Below are positions 63,376 to 64,000 of a stretch of DNA of 64,000 bases, in pieces. The notes under the pieces were generated by a model, which was given only the letters and a program-made list of their open reading frames with translations, did not search any database and was not told where the DNA came from. Source of the stretch: the human T2T-CHM13v2.0 reference genome, Homo sapiens; NCBI GenBank assembly GCA_009914755.4, contig CP068257.2, positions 17,728,001-17,792,000 on the forward strand. The letters are read 5' to 3'. The position numbers and the translations under genes are program-made. Positions within the stretch are counted from its first letter, which is position 1; every line of letters starts with the position of its first letter.

Positions 63376-64000
63376 TACCCTATTACCCTTTCTCTCACAT
63401 TCCCTTGCCAGTACTGGATCACATATCAACCTTTAGTCTAATAAAGGAGAATGAATTTACCATAAGGGACTTAAACTAATCATAACCCATACCCTGGGGC
63501 TATTCACATTGCTGTTTAAACAAAGCTTAGCCCCATAAGAAATGTGGGCAAGACTCTTAGGAAAGCAACCAAATACCTTCAACCAAAATAACTGTCAATA
63601 TTAAACATATGCCCTAATCATACTTCTTTATTCATTTAATTTCCATACAACCCTGTGAAAGAAACCTCAGCTTTATCTCTGGCATTCGTGTAAGTTAATC
63701 AACATGTTCAAAGTCACACAGCTAGAGATTGGTGGAGCTTGAGTTTCAATTCAGTCTGAATATTGAGCTGAAGTTCTAAATTAGGACTCTATTACTTTCC
63801 AACAGTTCGACTTTGAATTCAGACACTTCTAAAGTAACAAGAAAATAGCTCTACAATGAAGCAAAAGTATCTCAATGATAGTTTTTGGAAAATACCTCTT
63901 AAAAAAAATTTTTGCACTGAAAATTTAGCTCTCAAGAAATGTGAAGGGGGCACAGTTGATGTAATTCAGGGAAGACAGCATGAAACACAAAAAAATTAAC

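Overview
This window is primate, almost certainly human, nuclear genomic DNA. Two AluYb8 elements point to human, because Yb8 is largely human-specific. The sequence is AT-rich and CpG-poor, and a large fraction is interspersed repeats and microsatellites. I found no prokaryotic-style gene system, CRISPR array, rRNA, tRNA or convincing host protein-coding gene. Almost all long ORFs in the six-frame track are translations of L1 ORF1/ORF2 remnants, Alu sequence, or ERVL-MaLR internal sequence.

The content I can support directly from the sequence is:
- Two young AluYb8 insertions (7879-8205, + strand; 63068-63375, - strand), each with a perfect target-site duplication (TSD) and a long pure A/T tail.
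- Other Alu copies, with or without recognisable TSDs, at 4603-4890, 26719-27021, 32422-32720, 41112-41422, 44819-45120 and 49937-50241, plus several Alu-monomer-like or Alu-fragment pieces.
- A twin-primed L1 with an inverted 5-prime segment (8373-9820).
- A full-length but coding-dead L1PA with TSDs (56303-62758).
- Several older L1 3-prime fragments.
- A complete THE1/MST-class ERVL-MaLR element with both LTRs (44028-46766) that carries a nested Alu, plus one solo LTR of the same class.
- Four MLT1-like solo LTRs.
- Two copies of an unnamed ancient repeat, one of them split by an Alu.
- A 2 x 119 bp tandem duplication.
- (TATC)n, (TC)n, (CA)n and polypurine tracts.

The only feature not explained by repeats is a roughly 470 bp segment (52800-53270). 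It is bounded by a strong splice-acceptor context and a consensus splice-donor context and holds a 126-codon open frame. I list it as a candidate exon of an unannotated transcript, with low confidence.

Family and subfamily names were assigned by eye from remembered consensus sequences and should be confirmed with RepeatMasker.
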